Made by a program: the position numbers and the translations under genes
DNA from: an uncultured Candidatus Cloacimonadota bacterium
GTDB lineage: Bacteria; Cloacimonadota; Cloacimonadia; Cloacimonadales; TCS61
Direction: 5' to 3'
DNA: 47,077 bases
Assembly (NCBI GenBank): GCA_964419355.1
Contig: CAYQOZ010000002.1
Location: forward strand, 1 to 47,077
The notes under the pieces: generated by a model
The model's database searches: none
Seen by the model: the letters and a program-made list of their open reading frames with translations, nothing else
What the model was told of the DNA's origin: nothing
Shown here: positions 27,007-37,195 of the stretch, piece by piece
How the letters are laid out: every line of letters starts with the position of its first letter
Numbering within the stretch: the first letter of the stretch is position 1

Positions 27007-30000
27007 ATGAGTAGATTTTACAAGAATATAAGTTCGATATTAGACAAATCGGATTTCGCAAAATTATTCGATGCAAAATTAAAGAAAAATAGAGTTTTAT
27101 TTTACAATTTAAATCGTTCAGCTAAATCTGTGCTATTGGTAAGAGCGTTGGAAAAATCGAAAAAAAACATCATCTTTGTAACTGCGGATGATAAAATAGC
27201 AGAAGATTATCTTGATGATCTTGATTTATTGGTCGGAAAAGAAAAAGCCCATTTTTTCCATGATTACGAGATTCTTCCTTACGAGCAACGCTCACCGCAT
27301 TATATGATTCGTGCACAACGCATAAAAACTCTAACAGCCGCCATTACTCCTGAACCGTCTATTTACAGCGTTTCCATTCGCTCGTTTTTACGCAAGATTA
27401 CCGCTTCAGAAATTTTCAGTAAGAACATAATTTATTTGAAAAAATACAAGGAATACAATCCCGATAAACTCATTTCCGATTTGGTTGGAATGGGTTATGA
27501 AAACCAGTTTCAAGTTTCCAAAGTGGGTGAAATTGCTCGTCGTGGCGGTATTATCGATCTATTTAGTCCGAATTTTTTTAAGCCAATTCGTCTTGAATTT
27601 TTTGGAGATGAGATTGAATCAATTCGAGTGTTTTCGATAGATTCACAACGGTCTACTGGAGAAAATATCAATGAGATTACCATAATTCCTTCTCGAGAAT
27701 TTTCGTTACACGACATTGAAACAGATAATTATTTTTGGGAGAAAATACACGAAAATGGATTTTATGATGGCATCGAATTAGACGTCTCTTTTTTGTTGAA
27801 TAAAATTCATACATTTTTAGAATATTTCAAAGCAGATAAATGTTTGATATTTTGGGATGAATTTCAGTTTTTCAGTTCTCATTTCAAAGAAATTTTTGAA
27901 GAGACAACTGCCCTTTATTCAAAAATAAAAACAAAATATAAAAAGAGAAAAATTCCTAAACCAGAAAAACTATTTGAAAATGATAATTTTGTCGAAAAAA
28001 TATTTAAAGATTTCAATAATTATTTTTTATCTTCCTCTTTTCAAGAATTTTCCGAAATTTGTGAAAAAATCGAAGTGCCCCTTAAAACTCAAGAAAATTT
28101 GCACGGAAATTTAGATGTTCTGGAAAAGAAAATCGAATATCAAATTAACGAAAATTATCGAATTTTTATTCAATCAGATAACAAAAGTCAAAGTCAACGA
28201 ATGCGAGATTTACTTCCACAATTTGATGAAAAAATTGATTTTACAATCGGAGTTTTCCAAAAAGGATTTCTTCTAATCGACGCTAAATTAGCTATTTATA
28301 CAGATCACGAAATTTTTAGTCGTTACAAACGAAAACGCAGGCAAGCCAGATTTTCCAAAGATGATGCACTCATCGATTACGAAGCACTCAAACCCGGAGA
28401 TTATGTCGTTCATATCGATCACGGAGTTGGCATCTATTCTGGCTTGACAAATCTTGCACTTACTGGCAACGAAATAGAATGTTTAACTTTGCGATACAGC
28501 GAAGGCGATGTCGTTTATGTTCCAACTTTTCAGCTCTCTTTGGTAAGTAAATTTGTTTCCGAAGAGGGAATTTCTCCCACCATTCATAAATTAGGAAGTA
28601 AAAAATGGGAAAATACAAAAAAGCGAGCTAAAAAACAAATCGAATTAGTTGCAGAAGATTTAGTAAAACTGTATGCTGAACGCAAAATGCAAAAAGGTAT
28701 CAGTTTTGATTGCGATGGAAAATGGCAAATTGAAATGGAAAAATCTTTCATTTATGAAGATACTCCAGATCAGATAACGGCAATATCCGAAATCAAAAGT
28801 GATATGGAAGCAAATGCACCTATGGAACGACTTTTGTGTGGAGATGTTGGATTTGGAAAAACGGAGGTAGCCATTCGTGCAGCTTTCAAAGCAGTGCTAA
28901 GTGGTTGGCAAGTTGCCATCTTGGTGCCAACCACATTATTAGCAGAACAACATTTTTTGGTTTTTAAGGAGAGGCTTGCTCAGTATCCTGTGCAGATAGC
29001 AATGTTTAGCCGTTTTCGCTCTTCTATCCAAATAAAAAAAGATTTAATAAAACTCAAAAATGGTGAAATTGATATTGCCATCGGAACACATCGCTTAATT
29101 TCCAAAGATGTAAAATACAAAAAATTGGGATTACTTATCATCGACGAAGAACATCGATTTGGAGTGCGGCATAAAGATAAATTGCGAATGCTGAAAGCAA
29201 ATGTTGATACGCTTTATATGAGTGCCACGCCAATTCCACGTACAATGTCGATGGCACTTTCCAAGTTAAAGGAGCTCTCGTTAATTCGCACCTCTCCCGA
29301 AGCTCGTCTTCCCATCAGAACAGTGATTGTTCCTTACGATAAAGATGTGATTAAAGATGCAATTAATCGGGAAGTTGATCGAGGTGGACAGATTTTTTTC
29401 GTTCATAATCGGGTGCAAACAATTGACGGTGTTGCAGCTGAATTGCGAAAATTACTTCCCAACATTAATTTCCAAATTGGGCACGGCCAAATGCCGGTAA
29501 AACAATTGGAGCGAGTAACTCTCGATTTTGCTCATCATAAATTTGATGTGCTTATTTCCACCACTATCATCGAATCTGGAATTGACATTCCAAACGCCAA
29601 TACAATGATAATTAATCGAGCTGATATGTTTGGGCTGGCTCAATTATATCAAATACGCGGTAGAGTTGGTAGAAGCAATCGTCGAGCGTATGCATATTTT
29701 ATTATTCCCGCTCATTTGAGTGATGAAGCTAGAATTAGATTGGAAACATTGGTGGAATACGAATCGCTCGGAAGTGGTTATCAGATTGCGATGCGAGATA
29801 TGGAATTGCGTGGAGCTGGCACACTTTTGGGAACAAAACAGAGCGGTGTAATTCATTCGATAGGTTTCAATTATTACAATCGTCTTTTGGAAAAAGCGAT
29901 TAAAAACATCCAAAATAATAAACCAAAAAATGAGTGGATTGAAGATGAAAAAATTTCCAAAGAGAAAATTTCAATTGAGGTTGATAACTATTTTTCAAAA

Positions 30001-30402
30001 GAGTATATTTCAAATGAAAAACAGAGGTTGGAAATTTATCGTAAAATGCTTTCATTTACTTCCAATAGAGAGTTTGAAGAATTAACTGCAGAATTAAAAG
30101 ATAGGTTTGGAAAAATTCCACGTCATGCACAAAATGCAATTTTTTATTACAAACTAAAAATGTTGGTAGATAAAACGGATTTAACTTTATTCAAAATAAA
30201 AAAGCCAAATATCGTTTTAGAATTTGACGAGAAAAGACTTCCAGCCAGAGATAAATTATCGCGAATTATTAAACATTTTGACTATCCAGTTAGCTTTAGC
30301 ACAACCCAAAATTTTCTAATTATATTTAAGGTTTTAGGCGATAAAATATCGGTGATAAAAGTTGGAATTAAAATTTTAGAATTCATGATTGAAAATTTTT
30401 AA
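27007..30402 (+). CDS. mfd: Transcription-repair coupling factor Mfd
   Basis: About 1130 aa. CarD-like GDYVVHIDHGVGIY, helicase motifs GDVGFGKTEVA, IIDEEHRFGV and QIRGRVGRS, and a C-terminal TRCF domain. ATG 27007 is preferred over TTG 26998. Confidence 0.95.
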   Translation: MSRFYKNISSILDKSDFAKLFDAKLKKNRVLFYNLNRSAKSVLLVRALEKSKKNIIFVTADDKIAEDYLDDLDLLVGKEKAHFFHDYEILPYEQRSPHYMIRAQRIKTLTAAITPEPSIYSVSIRSFLRKITASEIFSKNIIYLKKYKEYNPDKLISDLVGMGYENQFQVSKVGEIARRGGIIDLFSPNFFKPIRLEFFGDEIESIRVFSIDSQRSTGENINEITIIPSREFSLHDIETDNYFWEKIHENGFYDGIELDVSFLLNKIHTFLEYFKADKCLIFWDEFQFFSSHFKEIFEETTALYSKIKTKYKKRKIPKPEKLFENDNFVEKIFKDFNNYFLSSSFQEFSEICEKIEVPLKTQENLHGNLDVLEKKIEYQINENYRIFIQSDNKSQSQRMRDLLPQFDEKIDFTIGVFQKGFLLIDAKLAIYTDHEIFSRYKRKRRQARFSKDDALIDYEALKPGDYVVHIDHGVGIYSGLTNLALTGNEIECLTLRYSEGDVVYVPTFQLSLVSKFVSEEGISPTIHKLGSKKWENTKKRAKKQIELVAEDLVKLYAERKMQKGISFDCDGKWQIEMEKSFIYEDTPDQITAISEIKSDMEANAPMERLLCGDVGFGKTEVAIRAAFKAVLSGWQVAILVPTTLLAEQHFLVFKERLAQYPVQIAMFSRFRSSIQIKKDLIKLKNGEIDIAIGTHRLISKDVKYKKLGLLIIDEEHRFGVRHKDKLRMLKANVDTLYMSATPIPRTMSMALSKLKELSLIRTSPEARLPIRTVIVPYDKDVIKDAINREVDRGGQIFFVHNRVQTIDGVAAELRKLLPNINFQIGHGQMPVKQLERVTLDFAHHKFDVLISTTIIESGIDIPNANTMIINRADMFGLAQLYQIRGRVGRSNRRAYAYFIIPAHLSDEARIRLETLVEYESLGSGYQIAMRDMELRGAGTLLGTKQSGVIHSIGFNYYNRLLEKAIKNIQNNKPKNEWIEDEKISKEKISIEVDNYFSKEYISNEKQRLEIYRKMLSFTSNREFEELTAELKDRFGKIPRHAQNAIFYYKLKMLVDKTDLTLFKIKKPNIVLEFDEKRLPARDKLSRIIKHFDYPVSFSTTQNFLIIFKVLGDKISVIKVGIKILEFMIENF

Positions 30403-30498
30403 CAACAAAAAAATAATAATTCCTTTTGAAAATGTTTGACAAAAAAAGGATAATTTAAAACTTCCCTGTTTGTCTATTAATTAGAATGGAGGATGAAA

Positions 30499-31605
30499 AT
30501 GAAAGTTCCACTATTAGATTTGAATGTACAATATGATTCGATAATTGATGAAATAAAAAACGAAATTGGCAAAGTTTTTGATTCTCATAAATATATTCTC
30601 GGACCGCAGGTAAGAGAATTTGAGAAGATGACAGAAAGTTACTGTAACTGTCGCCACGCAATTGGTTGTGCTTCTGGCACTGACGCACTTGTTCTTGCTC
30701 TCAAAGCACTCGAAATCAAAGAAGATGATGAAGTAATTACCACAACATTTACCTTTTTTGCTACGGCTGGTTCGATTTCTCGAGTTGGAGCAATCCCTGT
30801 TTTTGTGGATATCGATGCTAAAACTTTTAACATTAATCCGCAAAAAATTGAAGATGCAATTACATCCAAAACAAAAGCGATTATCGTGGTGCATCTGTTT
30901 GGACAACCGGCTGAAATGGATAAGATTATGGAAATAGCCAAAAAATATAATCTGAAAGTAATTGAAGATAATGCACAAGGAATTGGTGCAAAATTTGATG
31001 GCAAAGTTGCCGGCACAATTGCGGATATTGGTACGCTCTCTTTTTTTCCGAGCAAAAATTTGGGAGCAATGGGTGATGCCGGAATGTGTTTGACAAATTG
31101 CGATGAGCTCGCCGCAAGATTATTTCAATTGCGTGTTCACGGTGAAAATCCCCGATATTTTCATAAATGGGTGGGTTTGAATAGTCGGCTAGACACAATT
31201 CAAGCAGCAGTTCTTAAAGTTAAACTCCCGCATCTGGAAAAATGGAGCAAAGCTCGTAGAAAAAATGCAAAATATTATTTTGAAAAAATGAAGAATATTC
31301 CGCAAATTAAAATGCCATTCATTCATGAAAAAGCAACTTCAATCTATAATCAATTTACGCTGCTTGCAGAAAATCGTGACGGTTTACTGGAATTTCTAAG
31401 AAAAAATAATATTGGATGTGCGGTTTATTATCCCAAACCACTTCATGTGCAAGAATGCTTTGCAAATCTTGGCTATAAAATTGGTAATTTACCCATTGCT
31501 GAAATGATTTCTAAAAAAGTAATTTCAATTCCAATTTATTCTGAATTGACTGAAAATATGCAAGATTTTGTGATTGAAAAAATTAGAGAATTTTACAAAA
31601 ATTAG
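30499..31605 (+). CDS. DegT/DnrJ/EryC1/StrS-family PLP-dependent sugar aminotransferase
   Basis: Motifs CASGTDAL, VVHLFGQPA and SFFPSKNLGAMGDAG (PLP lysine). The GGAGG RBS favours ATG 30499 over 30493. Confidence 0.88.
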   Translation: MKVPLLDLNVQYDSIIDEIKNEIGKVFDSHKYILGPQVREFEKMTESYCNCRHAIGCASGTDALVLALKALEIKEDDEVITTTFTFFATAGSISRVGAIPVFVDIDAKTFNINPQKIEDAITSKTKAIIVVHLFGQPAEMDKIMEIAKKYNLKVIEDNAQGIGAKFDGKVAGTIADIGTLSFFPSKNLGAMGDAGMCLTNCDELAARLFQLRVHGENPRYFHKWVGLNSRLDTIQAAVLKVKLPHLEKWSKARRKNAKYYFEKMKNIPQIKMPFIHEKATSIYNQFTLLAENRDGLLEFLRKNNIGCAVYYPKPLHVQECFANLGYKIGNLPIAEMISKKVISIPIYSELTENMQDFVIEKIREFYKN

Positions 31606-31614
31606 GAGATTATT

Positions 31615-32397
31615 ATGAACATTATTGTTTGCATCAAACAAGTTCCAGATACAACGGACATTAAAATAGACCCGAAGACGAATACACTGATTCGTGAAGG
31701 TGTAGAAAGCATTGTAAATCCTTTTGATCTTTACGCAATCGAAGAAGCTATTCGCCTAAAAGAAGAACACGGCGGAAAAATTACAGCTCTCAGTATGGGA
31801 CCGCCACAAGTGGAAAAGGCACTGCGAGAAACTGTGGCAATGGGTGTCGATGAAATTATTCTTCTCTCCGATAGAAAATTTGCCGGAGCCGATACTTGGT
31901 CAACCAGTCTTACGTTGGCAGAAGCTATCAAGAAGATTAAAGACTTCGATATTATTTTGTTTGGACAGCAGGCAATCGACGGCGATACGGCTCAAGTTGG
32001 TCCCGGAGTTGCTACTCATCTTCAGCTTCCTCAAGTTGGTTTTGTGAAAAAAATAGAAGAGATTAAAGAGGGCAAAATTATTGTGCAAAGATTGATGGAA
32101 GATGGTTATGATAGAATTAAAGTGTCGCTTCCGATTGTACTCACGGTTGTGAAAGATATCAACAATCCGCGCCTTCCGTCTTTGCGTGGAAAGCGACAAG
32201 CCAAAAAAATAGAAATGAAAATGTGGACGGCTGACGATTTGAATCTTAATGAAAAAGAAATTGGATTGAACGGTTCGCCTACTCAAGTGGTGAAAATATT
32301 TTCTCCCGAATTGAATAAAGATGTGGAAAAACACGAAGGAACTGCCGAAGAATTGGTAGATATTCTTCATAAAAAATTGAAAGAATTTGGGAAATAA
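31615..32397 (+). CDS. etfB: Electron transfer flavoprotein, beta subunit
   Basis: 260 aa. IVCIKQVPD, MGPPQ and QAIDGDTAQVGP motifs. No etfA follows. Confidence 0.9.
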   Translation: MNIIVCIKQVPDTTDIKIDPKTNTLIREGVESIVNPFDLYAIEEAIRLKEEHGGKITALSMGPPQVEKALRETVAMGVDEIILLSDRKFAGADTWSTSLTLAEAIKKIKDFDIILFGQQAIDGDTAQVGPGVATHLQLPQVGFVKKIEEIKEGKIIVQRLMEDGYDRIKVSLPIVLTVVKDINNPRLPSLRGKRQAKKIEMKMWTADDLNLNEKEIGLNGSPTQVVKIFSPELNKDVEKHEGTAEELVDILHKKLKEFGK

Positions 32398-32404
32398 TTT
32401 TTTC

Positions 32405-33244
32405 ATGATACAATATCCTAACATAAATCCCATAATTCTGAAACTTGGAATGTTCGAAATTCGCTGGTACGGAGTTTTTTATATTATCGGCTTAATTATC
32501 GGATATATTTTCATAAAGAAGAACTTCAAATTTCGAAATATCAAGTTGGAAAAAGAGAATTATGAAACGCTCATATTTAATTTGATGCTGGGCGTAATTA
32601 TCGGTGGTAGAATAGGTTATGTATTTTTTTATAACATTAGTTATTATCTTTGGCATCCTCTCGAAATTATTTTACCTTTTAATTTTTCCAATGGTTTTGT
32701 ATTTACTGGTTTTCAAGGGATGTCTTTTCACGGTGGTGCAATTGGAGTCATAATTGCCGGCTTACTGTTTTGCAAAAAACACAAATATAATTTCTATGAA
32801 CTTGCCGATGCGGTGGTGCCTCTTATTTCCATTGCTCTATTTTTAGGAAGAATTGGCAACTTCATAAATGCAGAACTTTGGGGCAGAATCACCACAAAAC
32901 CTTGGGGTATGATTTTTCCAAATGGTGGCGATTTACCGCGTCATCCTTCACAAATTTATGAAGCAATTTTGGAAGGATTGGTTCTTTTTGTCATCTCGTA
33001 TATTTTATTTCGCAAAGTAAAAAAATATGGTTTGGTTTTTTGGACTTGGATTGGTCTTTATGGAATTTTTCGATTTTTAATAGAATTTGTGCGTGAACCA
33101 GATGAGCATTTGGGCTTTTTCTTTACAAATTTCACGATGGGACAAATCTTAAGTTCGTTTATGATAATAACCAGCATAATAGCCAATATTATTATATTCA
33201 ACCGAGCAGAAAATACTGATGAATTAAAAAATAAAAATATTTAA
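32405..33244 (+). CDS. lgt: Prolipoprotein diacylglyceryl transferase
   Basis: Hallmark GRIGNFINAELWG and HPSQIYEA motifs in a polytopic protein. The internal ATG 32405 (MIQYPNINP) is the likely start. Confidence 0.92.
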   Translation: MIQYPNINPIILKLGMFEIRWYGVFYIIGLIIGYIFIKKNFKFRNIKLEKENYETLIFNLMLGVIIGGRIGYVFFYNISYYLWHPLEIILPFNFSNGFVFTGFQGMSFHGGAIGVIIAGLLFCKKHKYNFYELADAVVPLISIALFLGRIGNFINAELWGRITTKPWGMIFPNGGDLPRHPSQIYEAILEGLVLFVISYILFRKVKKYGLVFWTWIGLYGIFRFLIEFVREPDEHLGFFFTNFTMGQILSSFMIITSIIANIIIFNRAENTDELKNKNI

Positions 33245-33379
33245 AAAGGTGAAGTGGTGAAAAAGTTGTTTGCGTTATCAATGTTAATAATTGTCTTGAT
33301 ATTAATTGAAGTAATTTACGATCACGGTAAAAGAACTCTATAGAAAAATGTTATTAATAAAATAAAGGAGGTAAAAAAT

Positions 33380-33730
33380 ATGTTTTATGTTTTATTAGAA
33401 GTAGCAACGCAACAAGTCGCAAGCCAGTCAAAGCCGCCAAATATGTTGTCGACACTTTTGCCATTTGCATTAATGTTTGCAATTCTCTATTTTCTTATTA
33501 TTCGCCCGCAAAAGAAAAAGCAGAATGCACTTCAATCATTAATTGATGGCATAAAAATCAACGATAAAGTGATTACAAATGCTGGAATTATCGGTAAGGT
33601 TGTAAACATCAAGAAAGATAAAAATTCGGTGATATTACGAGTTGATGATACAACCGGCACTAAAATTGAGTTCCAAAAATCTGCAATTGTAGGCGTTTTA
33701 GATAATGAAGAAAAGAAAGAAAAAAGCTAA
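33380..33730 (+). CDS. yajC: Preprotein translocase subunit YajC
   Basis: Strong AAGGAGG RBS. TM helix followed by IIRPQKKKQ and GIIGKVV motifs. Confidence 0.85.
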   Translation: MFYVLLEVATQQVASQSKPPNMLSTLLPFALMFAILYFLIIRPQKKKQNALQSLIDGIKINDKVITNAGIIGKVVNIKKDKNSVILRVDDTTGTKIEFQKSAIVGVLDNEEKKEKS

Positions 33731-34268
33731 ACTTCTTCAAATTAGAATTTACGGTGATGCGGTTCTGCGCAAAGTTGCGGAGCCCGTTACCGAAATTACC
33801 GAAGAGCTTAAAGAATTTATTGATGATTTGATTTTTACAATGTATGAAAAAGATGGCGTTGGTTTGGCGGCTCCGCAAGTTGGAAAGTCAGTTCGCATAT
33901 TTGTAGTTGACCCATTTTGGGTTAGAGAAGACAGGAAAAAAAATCCGATTGTTCTCATAAATCCAGAGTTTGTAAAATTTGAAGATAAGATAACTTCGGA
34001 AGAGGGCTGTTTGAGTCTGCCCGAAGTATTTGAAAAAGTTATGCGTGCTAAAAGAGTTGTGATAAAAGGTTTGAATTTGGAGGGAAATGAAATTCAAATC
34101 GAAGCTGATGGTTTATTTTCGCGTTCACTTCAGCATGAATATGACCATCTTGACGGGATATTGTTCATCGATAAAGTTCCCAAATTAAAAAGAATTTTAC
34201 ATTCGAAAAAATTAAAAGAGCTAAAAAAAACTACCACTAAAAATAGTGTGAATGTGGGGGAATATTAA
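33705..34268 (+). CDS. def: Peptide deformylase
   Basis: GVGLAAPQVG, EGCLSLP and QHEYDHLDG, the three Def motifs. Confidence 0.95.
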   Translation: MKKRKKKAKLLQIRIYGDAVLRKVAEPVTEITEELKEFIDDLIFTMYEKDGVGLAAPQVGKSVRIFVVDPFWVREDRKKNPIVLINPEFVKFEDKITSEEGCLSLPEVFEKVMRAKRVVIKGLNLEGNEIQIEADGLFSRSLQHEYDHLDGILFIDKVPKLKRILHSKKLKELKKTTTKNSVNVGEY

Positions 34269-34279
34269 GCAATAAATTT

Positions 34280-35230
34280 ATGAACCTCAAAAAAGTCGTT
34301 TTTATGGGAACGCCACAATTTGCTGTTCCCACTTTTGTAAAACTTGCGGCATCCAAATTTAAACCAATTTTATGCATCACTCAGCCGGATAGACCAAAAG
34401 GACGCAATAGAAAATTAGCTCCTACGGCGATTAAAGAAATCGCACAACAATATGATATTCCCACAATTCAACCGATTGATGTGAATGATGAAAATACTAT
34501 TTCAAAATTAAAAAAAATCTCTCCAGATATCATTGTTACGGTTGCTTACGGTGGCTTTCTTAAAAAAGAAATTCGCAAATTACCAAAATTTGGGTGTATC
34601 AATTTACATCCCTCACTTTTGCCAAAATATCGCGGGCCGTCTCCGGTAAATTTTACGCTTTTTAATAATGATCAAATTACTGGAAATACAGTTTTTAAAA
34701 TTGTGGCAAAAATTGATTCAGGACCAATAATTTTCCAAAATAAAACAGAAATCTCTAAAAATGAATGTTATACAAAACTTTTACAAAGGTTATCAATAAG
34801 TGGTGCCGATGATGTTATTTTCGTTTTAAAAGAAATTGAGAAAAGGGGATTAATTACCCAAAAACAAGATCATTCAAAGGCTACATTTACTCGGAAATTA
34901 CAAAAACAAGATTTTCTTTTGAATTGGAATAATTCGGCTGAATTTATCAGAAATAGGGTTCGTGGTTTAGGTGAAACTCCAGGTCTGATTGCTTCTTTTC
35001 GTGAGAAAAGATTCAAGTTAATCGAAGTGAAAATATTGAAAGAAAGCAGCCAAAAATTGGCAGGAACAATTATTGAAGTTGCAAAAAATGAAGGAATTGT
35101 GGTTTCCACCAAAACACAAAAAATATTGCTCAAAAAAGTTCAACCTTCTGGAAAAAAAATTATGAGTACACACGCTTTTAATTTGGGAGCAAAACTTCAG
35201 ATTGGTGAGAAACTTGAAGATGGATTTTAA
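34280..35230 (+). CDS. fmt: Methionyl-tRNA formyltransferase
   Basis: 316 aa. VFMGTPQFAVP and NLHPSLLPKYRGPSP. Canonical def-fmt pairing. Confidence 0.93.
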   Translation: MNLKKVVFMGTPQFAVPTFVKLAASKFKPILCITQPDRPKGRNRKLAPTAIKEIAQQYDIPTIQPIDVNDENTISKLKKISPDIIVTVAYGGFLKKEIRKLPKFGCINLHPSLLPKYRGPSPVNFTLFNNDQITGNTVFKIVAKIDSGPIIFQNKTEISKNECYTKLLQRLSISGADDVIFVLKEIEKRGLITQKQDHSKATFTRKLQKQDFLLNWNNSAEFIRNRVRGLGETPGLIASFREKRFKLIEVKILKESSQKLAGTIIEVAKNEGIVVSTKTQKILLKKVQPSGKKIMSTHAFNLGAKLQIGEKLEDGF

Positions 35231-35248
35231 TTTAGAGTTGCGAGAGAA

Positions 35249-36331
35249 ATGAAAATAAAAAAGAAAAATAAAAAAAAATTCAAACGCAAAAAATTGCAAA
35301 TGACTAACCTCAATTTTGATAATACAGATGAATTCGAAGATCGTGAAATTATCGAAGAAAAAAGAGCTGAAAAAAAAACATTAGAAAAAGGAAAAATTAG
35401 TCAAAAATCACAATTAAATTTGAAAAAAGGTCGAATTTTAGAGATAAGTTCCAACTATCGCTGTCGCGTAAAAATAGAATCATCAGAAACCATTTGCTCG
35501 CTTAGCGGAAGGCTGAAACAGATAAATTTTGAAACCAGAAATATCATTTCGGTTGGCGATTTTGTGAATGTAGATATTTCTGATGAACCGCGTATTGAAG
35601 AAATTCTATCTCGCAAAAATATTCTCTCTCGTTTCTCTGAAGATAGTTTCCAAACCCAAATCATTCTTGCTTCCAATGTTAGTCAAGTTGTTATCACTTC
35701 ATCGATTAAGGAGCCAGTTCTCAATCTTGGTTTGATAGATAGATTTTTATGTTCTACCACGATTAACGAAATTAATCCCATTATTTGCATCAATAAAATT
35801 GACCTTGCCACAAATCTTAGCGAACTTGAGGAAGAATTGTTATTCTATCGGAAGAATAATTTTGAGGTGATTCTCACTTCCGCTGTTGAAAAGATTGGCA
35901 TTTCTGAAATGAAAAATATTTTGAAAAATAATGATACTGCTTTTGTCGGACATTCTGGAACTGGAAAATCTTCACTTCTTAATTGCATCCAGCCAAACTT
36001 AAATTTACAAGTTGCAAAAATTAGTGAAACTTCCCAAAAAGGAACTCACACAACCAGTAGTGCAAAACTAATTGAATGGGATTTTGGTGGATATTTAGTT
36101 GACACACCCGGCATCAAAACTTTTGGTCTGCATCGTGAAGATTCCATCAAGCTACCCAGAATTTTTCCAGGATTTAGTAGTTTGGTTGATAAATGTAAAT
36201 TTAATAATTGCACACATACTCACGAAATTGGTTGTGCTGTAAAGGTTGCGGTAGAGAATGGTAATTTCGCGGAAGCAAGGTATGAATCGTATTTGCGGAT
36301 TTTAGAATCTTTGAATAGAAAAAGTGAATAA
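35249..36331 (+). CDS. rsgA: Ribosome small-subunit-dependent GTPase A, with a Lys-rich N-terminal extension
   Basis: Circularly permuted GTPase: NKIDL, GHSGTGKSSLLN, DTPG, and zinc-finger CKFNNCTHTHEIGCAV. The start may be 35249 or 35300. Confidence 0.9.
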   Translation: MKIKKKNKKKFKRKKLQMTNLNFDNTDEFEDREIIEEKRAEKKTLEKGKISQKSQLNLKKGRILEISSNYRCRVKIESSETICSLSGRLKQINFETRNIISVGDFVNVDISDEPRIEEILSRKNILSRFSEDSFQTQIILASNVSQVVITSSIKEPVLNLGLIDRFLCSTTINEINPIICINKIDLATNLSELEEELLFYRKNNFEVILTSAVEKIGISEMKNILKNNDTAFVGHSGTGKSSLLNCIQPNLNLQVAKISETSQKGTHTTSSAKLIEWDFGGYLVDTPGIKTFGLHREDSIKLPRIFPGFSSLVDKCKFNNCTHTHEIGCAVKVAVENGNFAEARYESYLRILESLNRKSE

Positions 36332-36340
36332 AGGAGAAAT

Positions 36341-37186
36341 ATGAAAAATTTCGGTATTTTTTTTAATCCTCATTACGAAGATAAACAACCAATTTTCGGT
36401 ATGTTGGAAGAACTTCATGAAATTGCAGAGCTGAATTTTTATCAATTAGAAAAAACGCAAAATTTTCTCCCTAATTTCATTCAGGAAATAGGAAATGAAA
36501 AATTGGACTGTATCCTTTCATTTGGTGGAGATGGCACATTCTTGCGAGCAGTAAAGTATTCTCAAAAAATGAAAGCTCCACTTCTTGGTATAAATTTGGG
36601 GAAGTTAGGATTTCTTTCGGAAAGTAGTCTTTCTGAACTGGAAAAATCTATCGAAGATTTGAAAAAAAATAAATTCAAAATCCAAGAAAGAATGTTGCTG
36701 AAGGCTTCAATAAAACGAAATCGAAGGATTATTTATTCTGCAACTGCACTAAATGATGCTGTTATTTACAAAGGTGAAACATCCAAATTAATTGATATAC
36801 GATTTTATGCCAACCGCAGATTCGTGATAGATACTCGTTGTGATGGAATTGTGATTTCTACCCCGACTGGTTCTACTGCTTATTCGCTTTCTGCCGGCGG
36901 TCCGCTTATCTCTCCGGTGATGGAAGCTTTTATTGTAGCACCTCTAAATCCGCATATTTTGAGTGTGCGTCCGATGGTTTTTTCTGCTAAAGACAAACTT
37001 TGTTTCAAACTTAAAATTACCAAAGATAAAAGTTTTTTGCAATTGGACGGGATAAATTCACACGAACTTTTGCTGGATGATGAGCTTATCGTTACTTCTG
37101 CCACACAAAAAGTTAGCTTTATCAAACTTACCAACAAAACTTTTTTCCAGATTTTGCGAAAAAAAATACATATGGGCAAAAAGTAA
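36341..37186 (+). CDS. nadK: NAD(+) kinase
   Basis: FGGDGTFLRA, NDAV and STPTGSTAYSLSAGGPL motifs. Confidence 0.93.
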   Translation: MKNFGIFFNPHYEDKQPIFGMLEELHEIAELNFYQLEKTQNFLPNFIQEIGNEKLDCILSFGGDGTFLRAVKYSQKMKAPLLGINLGKLGFLSESSLSELEKSIEDLKKNKFKIQERMLLKASIKRNRRIIYSATALNDAVIYKGETSKLIDIRFYANRRFVIDTRCDGIVISTPTGSTAYSLSAGGPLISPVMEAFIVAPLNPHILSVRPMVFSAKDKLCFKLKITKDKSFLQLDGINSHELLLDDELIVTSATQKVSFIKLTNKTFFQILRKKIHMGKK

Positions 37187-37195
37187 GAGAAAAAG

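Noticed and set aside
30514-32433. Long antisense ORFs (154, 138, 90, 66 and 177 aa) opposite the DegT and etfB genes
   Set aside because: The sense strands encode full-length proteins with canonical motifs. The antisense products are low-complexity with no recognisable motifs.
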